Below, piece after piece: positions 1 through 10,457 of a stretch of 64,000 nucleotides of DNA. Source of the DNA: Diplonema japonicum (Eukaryota > Protista > Euglenozoa: Diplonemea). The notes beneath the pieces were generated by a model. It had not been told where the DNA came from. It did no database searches and saw only the letters and a list, made by a program, of their open reading frames with translations. The stretch covers positions 248,001-312,000 of the forward strand of contig OZ025749.1 of NCBI GenBank assembly GCA_964019335.1, written 5' to 3'. Every line of letters starts with the position of its first letter. Within the stretch, counting starts at the first letter, position 1. The translations under genes were made by a program, and so were the position numbers.

Positions 1-674
1 TGGAGGGAACAAAAATGAATAAACTGACATGGGGTACGGAGAAGATGCTGGAAACAGGGAGGGGGGGAAAAAAAGAATAAGGAGGTCGTAGCGAATTTAG
101 CAGGGGAATGAAAAAAAAAGTTTAATTATCTTTTTTCTTTTCTTTTTTTGGTTTTTGTTTCTCAAACGATCCCAGTCACATCTATCGCAGGATTTTTCTT
201 AAAAGGTCATGCTTTTCTTCTTTTTTTTTGACGATAATCTTGTTTCGCTCAATTTTATTGTCCCCCCCCCCCCCCCCCCCCTCCACTTCTACGTACCATT
301 GGTCCCCCCCCTTTTTTTCCTTTATGAGCCTTATTAGCTATTTATCCATCCTCTTTCCCCCCTGTCGCCTCTTTCTTCTTCATTGTGAAAAGGGATCGTG
401 TTATAAAGAAGAGAAAAAAAAAAAAAAAAACGAAGGGGAAAAACAAAAAATGAAAATGACTTTTTTTTTTTAAGAAACCCCCTCTCATATCCCCTATTTT
501 TTTTTTTTTTCATCCCCTTAATGTGATACTCCGTGGGTGCCAGGGAAGAGAAAAAAAAAAGAAAAAAAAAAAGCAACGTGTGAAAGAAAAAAAAATTGAA
601 ATTTTATGTTAGTTCTTTATTTATTATTATTTTTTTTTTTTCGTCCTCCAAAAAAAAGGGGGGGGGCAAAAAAA

Positions 675-1592
675 ATGAGCGGAGAGCTAGATGAATACGG
701 ATGGGAGTCACGGCATTGCCCTGTGAACCCGTTCAAGGAAGGGTTGAAGGAAAACTGGCCGGACATGGACGAAGCCTTTTCATTCAGTAAGGGTGACGAG
801 GACGACGATGGGGAAAGGTTCGGGGAGGTGGGCACCGAGCCCGACGTCAACACCTCCATGGCGATGAGCTACGAGGAGGCACAACACGACAGCAGCCACA
901 CAGAGATGACAACCCCTACCAAGCAGATCCACACCGTACATGTGTCGAGACAGACCATGGCAACACCGACTGCTTCACCCATACCGCGTAACGCAACCCC
1001 ATTCAACAGCCCCTACGTCCTCCATCGGGGGGCTTTGGATGACCCCGGTGAACATGAACCGGCGAACCTCAACCCCCATCTTGCCCTCCCCGACGAGATT
1101 GATTCCCTTTTTGAGAGAAAAGACGCTTTATTTGAACTTTTCGGGCAGTTTTGCAGCGTTTTAGTCGGGTTGAAAAAGGGGGGTACTCTTGACAAGAATG
1201 GTATAGAAACAGCTTTAAACGCCTTGCAGGGAACAGCAGCAAAGCAGCCTGTAGAGCGAACCACCAAAGCTACGCAGGCCACTCTAATGCATAGTGTTGC
1301 GACGCAGTGCAGCGACACGCAGGTGCAGCCTGGTGTGGCATCTTTTGACGCGTCTAATTGTTTTTTGAAGGACCCCTCGCAGCCCGAGCCTCTCGATGAT
1401 GTGCTTGAGTGGGCGAAGGCACGCCGGGCGCGGGGGCACCCGCGGTTCATCTCCTCCCCGCAGCCCTGCGCCTACTCCTCTACAACAGTTTTCCCGTCTC
1501 TCGCCTCTCCCGTGTCGAAGGTGTCGGCCTCCCCTTACGGGCTGATGCGTGCAAGATACATGGCCATGCTCGACTCCCCAGTTGCACGTTAG
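675..1592 (+). CDS. Hypothetical protein (acidic N-terminus, low complexity)
   Basis: ORF from ATG 675, which follows an A-run; balanced coding-like composition between homopolymer spacers; no domain recognised. Confidence 0.7.
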   Translation: MSGELDEYGWESRHCPVNPFKEGLKENWPDMDEAFSFSKGDEDDDGERFGEVGTEPDVNTSMAMSYEEAQHDSSHTEMTTPTKQIHTVHVSRQTMATPTASPIPRNATPFNSPYVLHRGALDDPGEHEPANLNPHLALPDEIDSLFERKDALFELFGQFCSVLVGLKKGGTLDKNGIETALNALQGTAAKQPVERTTKATQATLMHSVATQCSDTQVQPGVASFDASNCFLKDPSQPEPLDDVLEWAKARRARGHPRFISSPQPCAYSSTTVFPSLASPVSKVSASPYGLMRARYMAMLDSPVAR

Positions 1593-1690
1593 GGGGGGGG
1601 AAAGAAAAAAAAGTTTTTTTTTGTATTGTACTGTACCATTTTTTTTTGAGAAAACTGCTAACTTGACCCCCCCCCCCCCCCCCCCCCCCC

Positions 1691-2692
1691 TAGGGCTATG
1701 CTGGCATGGAAACGCGTTTCCATGCATTTTTTGAAAAAAAGGGAAACGGAAACGGAAACGTTTCCCTATTTTGGGGCCGTTTCCTTATTTTGGGGGTTTT
1801 AGAGACTTATTTTTTTTGGGGGCAAATCACTCGGAAGAAATATACGAGACAAAGGGGGCCAGTGTTGGTGGCGCCCTGGGGAAATCTTCTAGGTTTCGAT
1901 GAAGGATGCGATTGTGGCATCCATTTTTTGAACAGCGTCGTCAATCAGCCTTCCGCTCAGAGCTTTCCTGTCCGGTAGCTCGTACGTGGCCCCGAGCGGA
2001 AGGCGCTTCACCTTCTCAAACAGTGCCTTGAATGTTCTGTGAACAGAAAATATGAGAGGACACGAAACAGATAAACATCATACCAATGTTCGACCCTCAA
2101 AAATGGGGTCCCAGTTTCGAGAAAGAAATCCCGAACAGCCCTGTCCACGTCGTCTGGCGTGCTTGTAGTTAAAAATGGCGTCATTGGCCTGTTCTCCACT
2201 TTACGCTTCTTCGTTCCCTCTGCCTCAGCCTTCACCTCCGCTGTCGCTTTCTCCAACAGCTTCTTGTGGGGCTCCACACTATCCCCTTTGGGGACACACG
2301 TCGCTACTCCTTGGCCTTTGTTTGGAACATGTGGGCGCGGAGTCTGCTGGTTGACGCTACTGTGAAGACCATATCACAGAAGCGACATTTTACTGTCTTC
2401 TTCTTCCCATCCTCCGCCTGAACCTCCACCCCATCCCACAAAGCGCCTCCAGGGGGTGCTTTCTCTGGACCATGTTCTCTTTCGTTTTTGTAGAGACCGA
2501 CGTGCGCTTTCCTTGTAAAACCCCAAAAGTAAGTATCTTCAAAAACCCCAAATAAATAAGGACCTTCTAAACAGTGTTTACCGAAATATACATAGCCGTT
2601 TCCATAACCATGGAAACGCGTTTCCATGAGAATTTTGAAAACATGGAAACGGAAACGGAAACGTTTCCGCGTTTCCTGCCAGCATGGCCCTA
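1691..2692 (-). mobile_element. Non-autonomous hAT-family DNA transposon (~1.0 kb, internally deleted)
   Basis: TIRs TAGGGCTATGCTGGCA / TGCCAGCATGGCCCTA (1 mismatch). Subterminal palindrome CATGGAAACGCGTTTCCATG and GGAAAC repeats at both ends. Minus strand encodes a BED finger (W..VKCRFC..RLRAH..C) and a hAT N-terminal motif (AVRDFFLETGTPFLRVE..F..L..Y..P.RK.L) with frameshift and stop, plus a GT-AG intron at 2083-2037. Confidence 0.85.
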
Positions 2693-2721
2693 GGGGGGGG
2701 GGGGGGGGGGGGGGGGGGGGG

Positions 2722-3383
2722 TCACCGCCCCTTAAAAAGCTCGAAATTCGTGTTTTTCGGGAAACGCACCCCTGGGTAAATTATACCCGAAAATTCCACC
2801 CAGATGCTAAAAAAAACAACTTTCCGCCGCTATTTGGGGGTTTTTGTGGACTTCTATGTGACGTATTCACAATTTTGAGCAGGTGTGACAGAACCGGTAC
2901 CTGCAGAATCCTATTTTGTGCACATTATCAGAGTCATCAGAACGAGCAGCAAGCGGGTAAAAATCGTCCTGCATGTCGTCCAAGAGTAGCCCATGCAGCT
3001 CTGGTGCCGTCTCGCCCCCTTAGGTGTCCAACTTGCGATTATCAACCAGTTTTCTGAGGTCATCCTTTAGCTTACTTGAAAGGTCAGTGCGCAGTTGTGC
3101 CCTCTTGCGTACAGCGTAGAGGGCAGCAAGGTACCGGTTCTGTCACAAAAAATTAAAATGGCGTTTTAGGGTAGCCAACTTGCAAATTTCGTCGAAACTC
3201 GGCCCAAAAATGGGTTTTTAGGCCACTTTGGGGTGGTTAAGGTGGTTTTTTGCGCCTTTGTGTCACAAATGTGCAAGATTTTTTTTTGGCCTAATTTCGA
3301 CCCCCCCTACCCCTCCAACCCCGAAGTTTCGGGGATATATGCTCAAAAAGAAATCGACGTTTTTTCGTTTCGTTTTTTTTTGC
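2722..3383. repeat. Probable non-coding TE remnant with internal ~19-bp inverted repeat
   Basis: TGTGACAGAACCGGTACCT (~2884-2902) and AGGTACCGGTTCTGTCACA (~3129-3147); non-coding; bounded by G- and C-runs. Confidence 0.4.
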
Positions 3384-3538
3384 CCCCCCCCCCCCCCCCC
3401 CCCCCCGCGTCGCTACTTGTGGGTGGGACGTTGCCGCATTATTAATGCGCTGCAAAAGAGGAAAAAAAAAAAAAAAAAAAAAGGAGGGAGGTGAAGGAAA
3501 GGAAGGGAAAGGGAAAAAAAAAAAAAAAAAAAAAAAAA

Positions 3539-4117
3539 ATGCAAAGTTTACATCTTGCAGCAGCGGCGTTGGGCGGGGCGGCAGTGACGTACCTCTGCAT
3601 GAGGGAGAAGGGAACCGTGATCCCCGAGAGAACCGCACAGGGGAACAGAAAAGCACCGAGGAGGTTCGCAGGGCTGATCAAGCTGAAGCCTGATATGTAC
3701 GACCAGTACACACAAATGCATGACAAAACCTGGGTAGAGGTCACAACTGCAATGTATGAAGCAAACATGAGGAACTTCGTGGTTTACTATCACAAGGAGA
3801 CAAACCAGATGTTCCACCACTGGGAGTACGTGGGGGACGACTTCGAGGCCGACATGAAAAAGGTGTCTGAGAACCCAATGAACCGATTTTGGTGGTCGTA
3901 CTGCGAGCCTTGCCAAGAGCCCTTGCACTGGGAAGGCCCACCCCCGTCTCAAGGAGGTACAGGTGACTGGTGGTCACCCATGACATGTCTAACCCACTGT
4001 GGCGGTTGGCCTGTTGCATGGTCGACGGAACACCCCGATCCCGACTTCGTCCCCCAAAACCCCAGAGGGAGAACCAGCACATCCTCCAACCCCCCTTCAG
4101 TACGTTATACTGAATGA
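3539..4117 (+). CDS. L-rhamnose mutarotase (RhaM/DUF718)-like protein with hydrophobic N-terminal segment
   Basis: Motifs KLKP..Y..Y...H...W.EV, NF.VYY, EYVGDDFEADM, WW..CEPCQ.P, WW.PM. Confidence 0.85.
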   Translation: MQSLHLAAAALGGAAVTYLCMREKGTVIPERTAQGNRKAPRRFAGLIKLKPDMYDQYTQMHDKTWVEVTTAMYEANMRNFVVYYHKETNQMFHHWEYVGDDFEADMKKVSENPMNRFWWSYCEPCQEPLHWEGPPPSQGGTGDWWSPMTCLTHCGGWPVAWSTEHPDPDFVPQNPRGRTSTSSNPPSVRYTE

Positions 4118-4258
4118 AATTTCATATTTATATATATTTTGTTGTTGCTCAGTGTTCGGAAAGAGAATTTCTCCTTTTTTTTTTTTTTTTTTTAAACGTA
4201 TCTCTTTTATTTTTTTTAAAAAAGATTTTTTCTCTTCCAAAACCCCTCCTTCAGCGAG

Positions 4259-5125
4259 ATGGCGTCTACAGACGGACACAGCACAGCACAGCCGTCACAT
4301 GCAACACACCAGGTGACCCCAGACCCGGTAATATACCCAATTGCATTTGTGGCAGGGAAGAGGATACATGAGGTACCGCAGAACAGGAGCGACGAGGTGC
4401 GGGCAGGGTTCAGCGGGGCAGGGCTAGGGCTGGTGGGAGACGCCAAGGTGGGAAAAACGACCATGCTTTTTCAGTACGCAATTAACGTGGCCAAGCAGGG
4501 ACTCAGGGTGCTCCTCGTCTGCGGTGAGGAGAAACTGTTACAAGCCCCACCCGTCCCCGAAGAAGGAATGACCGAGGTCGGGGAGACAGTCCTGCACCGC
4601 ATAGAACTCAAGTACATCTCATCTGCTTACGACATTGTAAGTTACGTTTCCCGCATCCACGAAGTCCATGAAGAGAAACGCCCCTCTGTCATTCTTATCG
4701 ATGACCTTTCTGTTTGGTACCAAAGTGATAAGAGTGATGAGATTGCAAGGGTGCTGAGCATCCTGAGCACGACGGTCAAATGGCTTGGTACCTTGCAGCC
4801 TGCCAACATCTCTCTTAAACCTCATTTCATTGTCGCCTACTCGCCGGGGCTCGATCTTTCTCGTTGGCTTCACGTTACGGGGACCATCGCTGGCCATTCG
4901 GAGGCGGTCACTACGCCCCTTGGTGTCCCCTTGCCCCCTGCTACGTCGAGGGGCAATCTCTTATCGGTCACATTCTCCCACACACCGCCTTCTCATGGAT
5001 GGGTTCTAGCCGAGAGCCACCCTGCAGAGGCTGCCAGCATGACCATCTGGTATTATTTGGACAAAAAGCGGCTTACCTTCGCCGCCCTCCACACTGCCCT
5101 CCAAAAGGACGTCCTTGACCCTTGA
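4259..5125 (+). CDS. SWSAP1-like RecA/Rad51-paralog-fold ATPase
   Basis: Walker A GDAKVGKT followed by LFQYA; Walker B VILIDD; 'RIELKY' segment typical of SWSAP1. Confidence 0.7.
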   Translation: MASTDGHSTAQPSHATHQVTPDPVIYPIAFVAGKRIHEVPQNRSDEVRAGFSGAGLGLVGDAKVGKTTMLFQYAINVAKQGLRVLLVCGEEKLLQAPPVPEEGMTEVGETVLHRIELKYISSAYDIVSYVSRIHEVHEEKRPSVILIDDLSVWYQSDKSDEIARVLSILSTTVKWLGTLQPANISLKPHFIVAYSPGLDLSRWLHVTGTIAGHSEAVTTPLGVPLPPATSRGNLLSVTFSHTPPSHGWVLAESHPAEAASMTIWYYLDKKRLTFAALHTALQKDVLDP

Positions 5126-5337
5126 AAAAAAAAAAAAAAGAAGAATTTTTTCTGAAATCCCCCCCCCCCCCCCCCCCCGCTCTACTGAAATTACTTCTCC
5201 GAAGGAAACGACTTAATCTCGAGGGCAGCCGGTGAAGTCATTATTGTTTGGCAGTAAAAAAAAAGAAAATTCTATTTTTTTGTTTTTTTTTTTTTGTTCC
5301 CAGCGCGTGTACTGTCTACAGGGTTGATGCTTTCCAA

Positions 5338-7356
5338 ATGAACCGTTCGGCGTCGACCCCCCAGCAGCTTGTCATCAAGCCTGTCATGTCCCCGTACAGG
5401 CAGCGGCACTCGTCAGTGTCCGCAGAGGACACCGTGTTGCTGCGAAAGAAGTTCGAGTTCCAGTCCCCCGTTGACCAGCAAGGGATGGTGGTGGTCAAGG
5501 TGGACGACACTACTTACGAGGAGACCTTGCGAAGCGAGGCTGGGGAGACAGAGCCTTCGCAAGGGGAAGACCTCGTTACAAAGAAGTTCGAAAGACAGGC
5601 CGAGTCAGGCCCGTGGGTTCCTGAAGACGAAGACGACCTGCTGCCCACCCCGCTTACAAGCAATCGAGAAAGCTGCCCTACCCCGCGTGAGGGTGAAGAC
5701 TCCCCTGCGCCTGTCGTGTCCCGCATGGCTCCCAACCTACACGAGATTTCCCGTACATTGGCGCAAAAAGCACAGGAGTTGGCGATGTTTGCCGAGATGC
5801 AGCAGGCAGCGCCTCCCGCTGTGCAGTACCTTCCGTCGGTTGCGGGCACGCCCAGCCCAGGGTACATCCAAGTGGTGGAGGAGAACGAAGCGTTGAGAAA
5901 GCGAGTCAGAGAACTGGAAAGCAGAGCACCAGTGATGGCAGTGACAGGTGCACCGAGATGTACATCATTGATTAAAGTGAGGGATGCCGTAGTCGGCGTC
6001 AAGAAGATGCTGTGGGAAGAGAGAGTGCGTGTGATGAAGATGCGTGAGGAGTGGACAAGTGCATGCGGCGACGTCACACAGCAGGTTGTCAGCGCGCTTG
6101 GCAGAACGGAGAAGCTGTACACAGCCGCGGAGATCGAACGGAAGAATCTGCACCAGAAGCTGCAAGAGGCGCGTGGGACCATTCGCGTCATCGCAAGGGT
6201 GCGGCCGTTGCTGAACGGCGAGAGGGACTCGTGCGTCGTGACAAGAGGCGACTTCCTCCATCTCGAGCGACACAACGGGCAGCTCTCAACATTCACCTTC
6301 GACAGCGTTCTACCAGAAAACTCAACGCAAGCCGACCTTTACGAGGAGTTGAAGTCCATCCCGCAGTCGGTCCTCGACGGGCATAACTGCTGCGTGCTAG
6401 CATACGGCCAAACAGGCAGCGGGAAAACACACACCATGCTAGGGGACTGCGGGGCCACGGCAAGCCTGCTCTCCGACATCTGCAACACGATGCGGAGAAG
6501 GGAACAGACAGGGGGCTACCAATACAGGCTGTTCGTCTCTATTTCAGAAGTGTACAACGACACAGTAAGGGATCTCTTCACACACCAGAAAATCGATACC
6601 TTCCAGGGTGAGTACTTCGGTACGGAAGAAGAGGTTGTGGAGCCAGGAAGGGACATCTCAAGGCTCCTGGTGACAGGGGAGAATGAGCGTGCCTCGGGGG
6701 TTTCAAACCTAAACGCAAGGTCATCGCGATCGCACTGCGCAATCCTAGCAAGGGTTGAAGGGGTCAACAGCGTTACTGGTGTAGCCGTGCAGGGCCAGGT
6801 GTATATGGTTGACCTGGCAGGTTCAGAGAGGATCCCGTCCACCTCGCTGAGCCACCAAGGCGCCTCGCAGACCTTCTTGGCCAGCACAGGCCTTCTGAAG
6901 GAGACCCAACATATAAACAAGTCCCTCTCGTCGCTGGGCGATGTCATTAGAGCCCTCGCCACGGGCAACCCTCACATCCCTTACCGAAACAGCAAGCTGA
7001 CGAACCTTCTGAAGCCGTGTTTGAAGAGGGGTTCCAAGGTCGTGCTGATCACTACGCTGTCCCCTGCTGCTGTTGCGGCTCCCGAGTCCCTCTGCACACT
7101 GCAGTTCGCGGTATTGATTGAAGAATTTTTTTTTTTTTTTAGAGCAACCCACAGTCGCGTGCGAAGACGGTCCATCTGAATGAGTCAAAGGGACCTCGGA
7201 GCCCCAGGCCGGTCGTGTCATCAGGCAGGTAGGTTGCATGTTATTGCTTATACTCACGCACTTTTTTTTTTTTTTTTTCTTCTTCACAGGCATCGTTCGC
7301 TGCAGCCTGCCAGACAGTTGCGCTCCCGTTCCGCGCCTAACATTTGGGAATGTTGA
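5338..7356 (+). CDS. Kinesin-14 (C-terminal motor); introns 7111-7154 and 7229-7289
   Basis: Neck RKNLH..LQEARGTIRVIARVRP; P-loop YGQTGSGKT; SSRSH; DLAGSE; HIPYRNSKLT. Splicing restores LQFA|SRAK. Start codon inferred. Confidence 0.93.
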
Positions 7357-7427
7357 AAAAAAAAAAAAAAGGGAACAAATTAAAAAAAAAAAAAAAAAAA
7401 TTAGAATTCACCCAGTTTTAGTAGAAA

Positions 7428-7458
<31 letters not shown>

Positions 7459-7525
7459 AAAAAAAAGCCCTTGTTTCCCCCCTCTTCATTTTTTTTTTTT
7501 ATCTCAAAAATTTACAAGGCCAGGG

Positions 7526-7564
<39 letters not shown>

Positions 7565-7586
7565 ACAGCAAAAAAAAAAAAAGAAA

Positions 7587-8711
7587 ATGAGCATCACAGT
7601 GTTCATCCGAACCCCTTCCGGGGTGCACCCCGTGGAAATATCCGGTAACGAGACGCTTCGATCCTTATACGACAAGGCTGCAGAGGCCGCTGGAGGGATA
7701 CGCGTGAACTGGATGACCCTGCACCAAGAAGACGAGGTGCTCAAGAGAAGCGAGCAGCTGGTGAAGGACACGGACCTCGTGGAAGGGTGCGAGGTAACCC
7801 TCGCCGCGAAGGAAAAACACGTGACGCTAGAAAACCTTGAAGAATCACGACCGGAGCTTGAAAAATGCTTGCAAGACGACCCCGACTTCCTGCTTGTGAT
7901 CAACATCTCAAACACGGACGGAAAAAACACACTCTGCCTACAAGCCAACAACTTACCGAAAAACCTTCACAATGTGAAAATCAACGACCCCGAGGGCACC
8001 ATAACGGCAATAGGAGACTACTTCCTATCTTACGGCGAAGAGGGCGGCGACACCCTTCAAACAGTCGATGTAAGCGGGCTTAAGAACGTAGAAACGATTG
8101 GAGAAAGTTTTCTGCGCACCGTGTTCACCCTGGAGTCAGTAGATATAAGCGGGTTTTCAAAAGTCACCACCATCGCTAGAATGTTCCTGTGCGACTGTCA
8201 TAACCTCAAAAATGTGGATATTTCAGCCTTACATGGGCTGAGAGAGGTGAATGAAGGGTTTCTGCTTGGGTGTGAGTCGCTGACCAAGGTTGACCTTTCT
8301 GCGCTTGTTGATGTGACAACCATCGGTTCTAATTTTCTTTCGAGTTGTTCCGGGCTCTCATTTGTGGAATTTCCTCCCTTCACGTCCCTTGTTGAGGTGG
8401 AAGCTACGTTTCTTCACTGTTGCTCGGGGTTGACTACGGTCGATCTCAAGCATTTTCACCGTCTTACTAAGATTCCCATGTACTTTATAGCGTCTTGCGA
8501 TGCTCTTGCGCATATTGATCTCTCTCCGCTCTCCAATGTCACACATATCCGTAGGGGCTTTCTTCGAGGGTGCCATTCGCTTGCTGCGGTTGATCTGTCG
8601 CCTCTGCAAGCCGTGCGTGTGGTTGAAACTAACTTCCTCGAAGGCACAGGTGTCCCTTCTGAGGAACGCAAAATTCCAGGAAACACATCGGTGAAGTACA
8701 GGAATTATTGA
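7587..8711 (+). CDS. Ubiquitin-like N-terminal domain + leucine-rich repeat (BspA-like) protein
   Basis: N-terminal Ubl-like segment (ITVFIRTP..L.D..L..G.EV); ~24-aa repeats L..VD.S.L..V..IG..FL..C. Confidence 0.85.
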   Translation: MSITVFIRTPSGVHPVEISGNETLRSLYDKAAEAAGGIRVNWMTLHQEDEVLKRSEQLVKDTDLVEGCEVTLAAKEKHVTLENLEESRPELEKCLQDDPDFLLVINISNTDGKNTLCLQANNLPKNLHNVKINDPEGTITAIGDYFLSYGEEGGDTLQTVDVSGLKNVETIGESFLRTVFTLESVDISGFSKVTTIARMFLCDCHNLKNVDISALHGLREVNEGFLLGCESLTKVDLSALVDVTTIGSNFLSSCSGLSFVEFPPFTSLVEVEATFLHCCSGLTTVDLKHFHRLTKIPMYFIASCDALAHIDLSPLSNVTHIRRGFLRGCHSLAAVDLSPLQAVRVVETNFLEGTGVPSEERKIPGNTSVKYRNY

Positions 8712-8936
8712 AAAAAAAAGAAGGAAAAAAAAAAAAAAAAAAAATTGGTCGGGACAGTACTCTCATACCTGCTGGGACGCTAGTGGGAGCCGATGAAGGG
8801 TGCTACTTGCCTGAAGAGATCAGCACTTGGAGGAGTCGCGGAGATTAGATCGAAACTGAGAGATACCTAGTACTGATCATACCCCCTCCCTTTTTAGGGC
8901 ATGCGGCTTACGCTTTAGGAGTTTGCATGTTAATTT

Positions 8937-8981
<45 letters not shown>

Positions 8982-8982
8982 A

Positions 8983-9100
8983 TTTTTATAACTATATGCA
9001 AACTCGTGCCGAGCACAAAAAAAAAAAAAAAAAAAAAGCTTTCGCAGCTTTTTGCTCGTGTGAACAACATACAGTCATAAAGAATTATATATTTTTTTAG
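8983..9100. repeat. Dispersed repeat, copy 1 (copy 2 at 63726-63856)
   Basis: Shared blocks TTTTATAACTATATGCA, CTTTTTGCTCGTG.GAACAAC and AGTCATAA.GAATTATAT in the same order. Confidence 0.75.
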
Positions 9101-9161
9101 TGAAACGAATCGGAAAATCTTTTTTTCTGATTTTTTTTTTTTAAAGAAAAGACCTCTCGCT

Positions 9162-9227
9162 AAAAAAAAAAAAAACTTTTTTTTTACAGTATTTATTTGC
9201 TTATTTTCTTGTTCAAGCGCTGGAGGG

Positions 9228-9267
<40 letters not shown>

Positions 9268-10457
9268 AGATAACCCATTTCAAAAAAAAAAAAAAAAAAA
9301 AAAAAAAACAATGACCACCGACCTCGACACGGTTAGAATCCAGACCCTTGACACGGATGAAGGGACCCCAGGGTCCAAGGTCCCCGACCAGCCCGGGATG
9401 GTGTACGGGTACCCTGGGGGGGAGCTGCTGGAGGAGAGGCCCCTTTACAACTGCGTGTATAATAACCCTGAGGACCCTAGGGCCTGTTTGTTTGCCTACT
9501 CCAATAACACCAGAAACGACTGCTGCCTGGGGCCTGTCTGTAACTTGGGACACCCGAGAGGAAGGATGTACCTCGGTGCAACTGTGGGAATTGCCTTGAT
9601 CGTCGGCTTTATCTTTGGTTTCACCTTCTTTTCAAAATAAGTTAAAAGAAAATTGAAGTAGTGGGTTTGCATCACAGGTTGCAATCAGAGTATTTTTTTG
9701 CTGGAACAAGTAAACAAATTTTTGAAAAGAATTGTTATTGCAAAAAAGAGTAGAGGCAGCTTGTCCGTTTATCCCTACTGTAGGTGAAAACGGCTTGCAC
9801 AAACAAAACAATATGGCTTGCGCAGACATCGACCCGTCGGAGTTATCGGTTATACTATACCCGGAGGGGGCCCCCGCGGCGCCGGCGGACCCGGACTGTG
9901 CTGCCGGCTGCGACCGGGAGCACAAAACGGGGTTCCATTGCCCCCGATGTGGTTGCCTGGGCAACGAAGCGTGCCTCAAGCAGGTTCACAAAAGAGACGG
10001 AACGCACCTTCTAAAGGAGGGTTATACTATACCCGGAGGGGGCCCCCGCGGCGCCGGCGGACCCGGACTGTGCTGCCGGCTTGCACAAACAATCAGCCGA
10101 CTCTTTTTTTTTTTTCCCTTTCCCTTTTCTTTTTTTTTTTTTTTTTTTTTTTTTCCAGTCACTGGTTTTCCCATCTCTAGCCTTAATGATGAGGAAGTGT
10201 CTCTAAGATCCCGGTCAACAGTACCCACGCAGACAAATGTTTGGGTTTCTTGGTTTGTAGGCCAACCCGACCATTTTTTTTTTTTTGTTTTGTTTTTTTA
10301 ATTCTGCGGGCGTAGAACTTTGCTGTGCGGGTTTTAATAGAGGCACGCAACCAAAAAACCAAAAAAAAAAGAAAAAAAGAAAAAAAAAAAAAAAACACAA
10401 AAAATAAAAAAGAGGAAAAAGGATTTAGTCATCATATCTAAATGTCTTTTGTTCCCT
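9162..10457 (+). repeat. Segmental duplication, copy 1 (copy 2 ~14463-15440)
   Basis: Near-identical CDS and flanking non-homopolymer islands; identity ends at ...AATGTCTTTTGTTCCCT. Confidence 0.92.
9311..9640 (+). CDS. Small tail-anchored Cys-containing membrane protein (109 aa), copy 1
   Basis: ATG after A-run; C-terminal TM segment LGATVGIALIVGFIFGFTFF; identical protein at 14589. Confidence 0.75.
   Translation: MTTDLDTVRIQTLDTDEGTPGSKVPDQPGMVYGYPGGELLEERPLYNCVYNNPEDPRACLFAYSNNTRNDCCLGPVCNLGHPRGRMYLGATVGIALIVGFIFGFTFFSK

Noticed and set aside
10156-10273. Box C motif (ATGATGA) in the duplicated island, suggesting a C/D snoRNA
   Set aside because: No CTGA box D downstream in the island and no terminal stem
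10230-10273. Minus-strand GW-x8-F (WSGWPTNQETQTF) as the missing YR catalytic-Tyr exon
   Set aside because: Has Phe rather than Tyr, no splice path from the YR ORF, and lies in duplicated host flank
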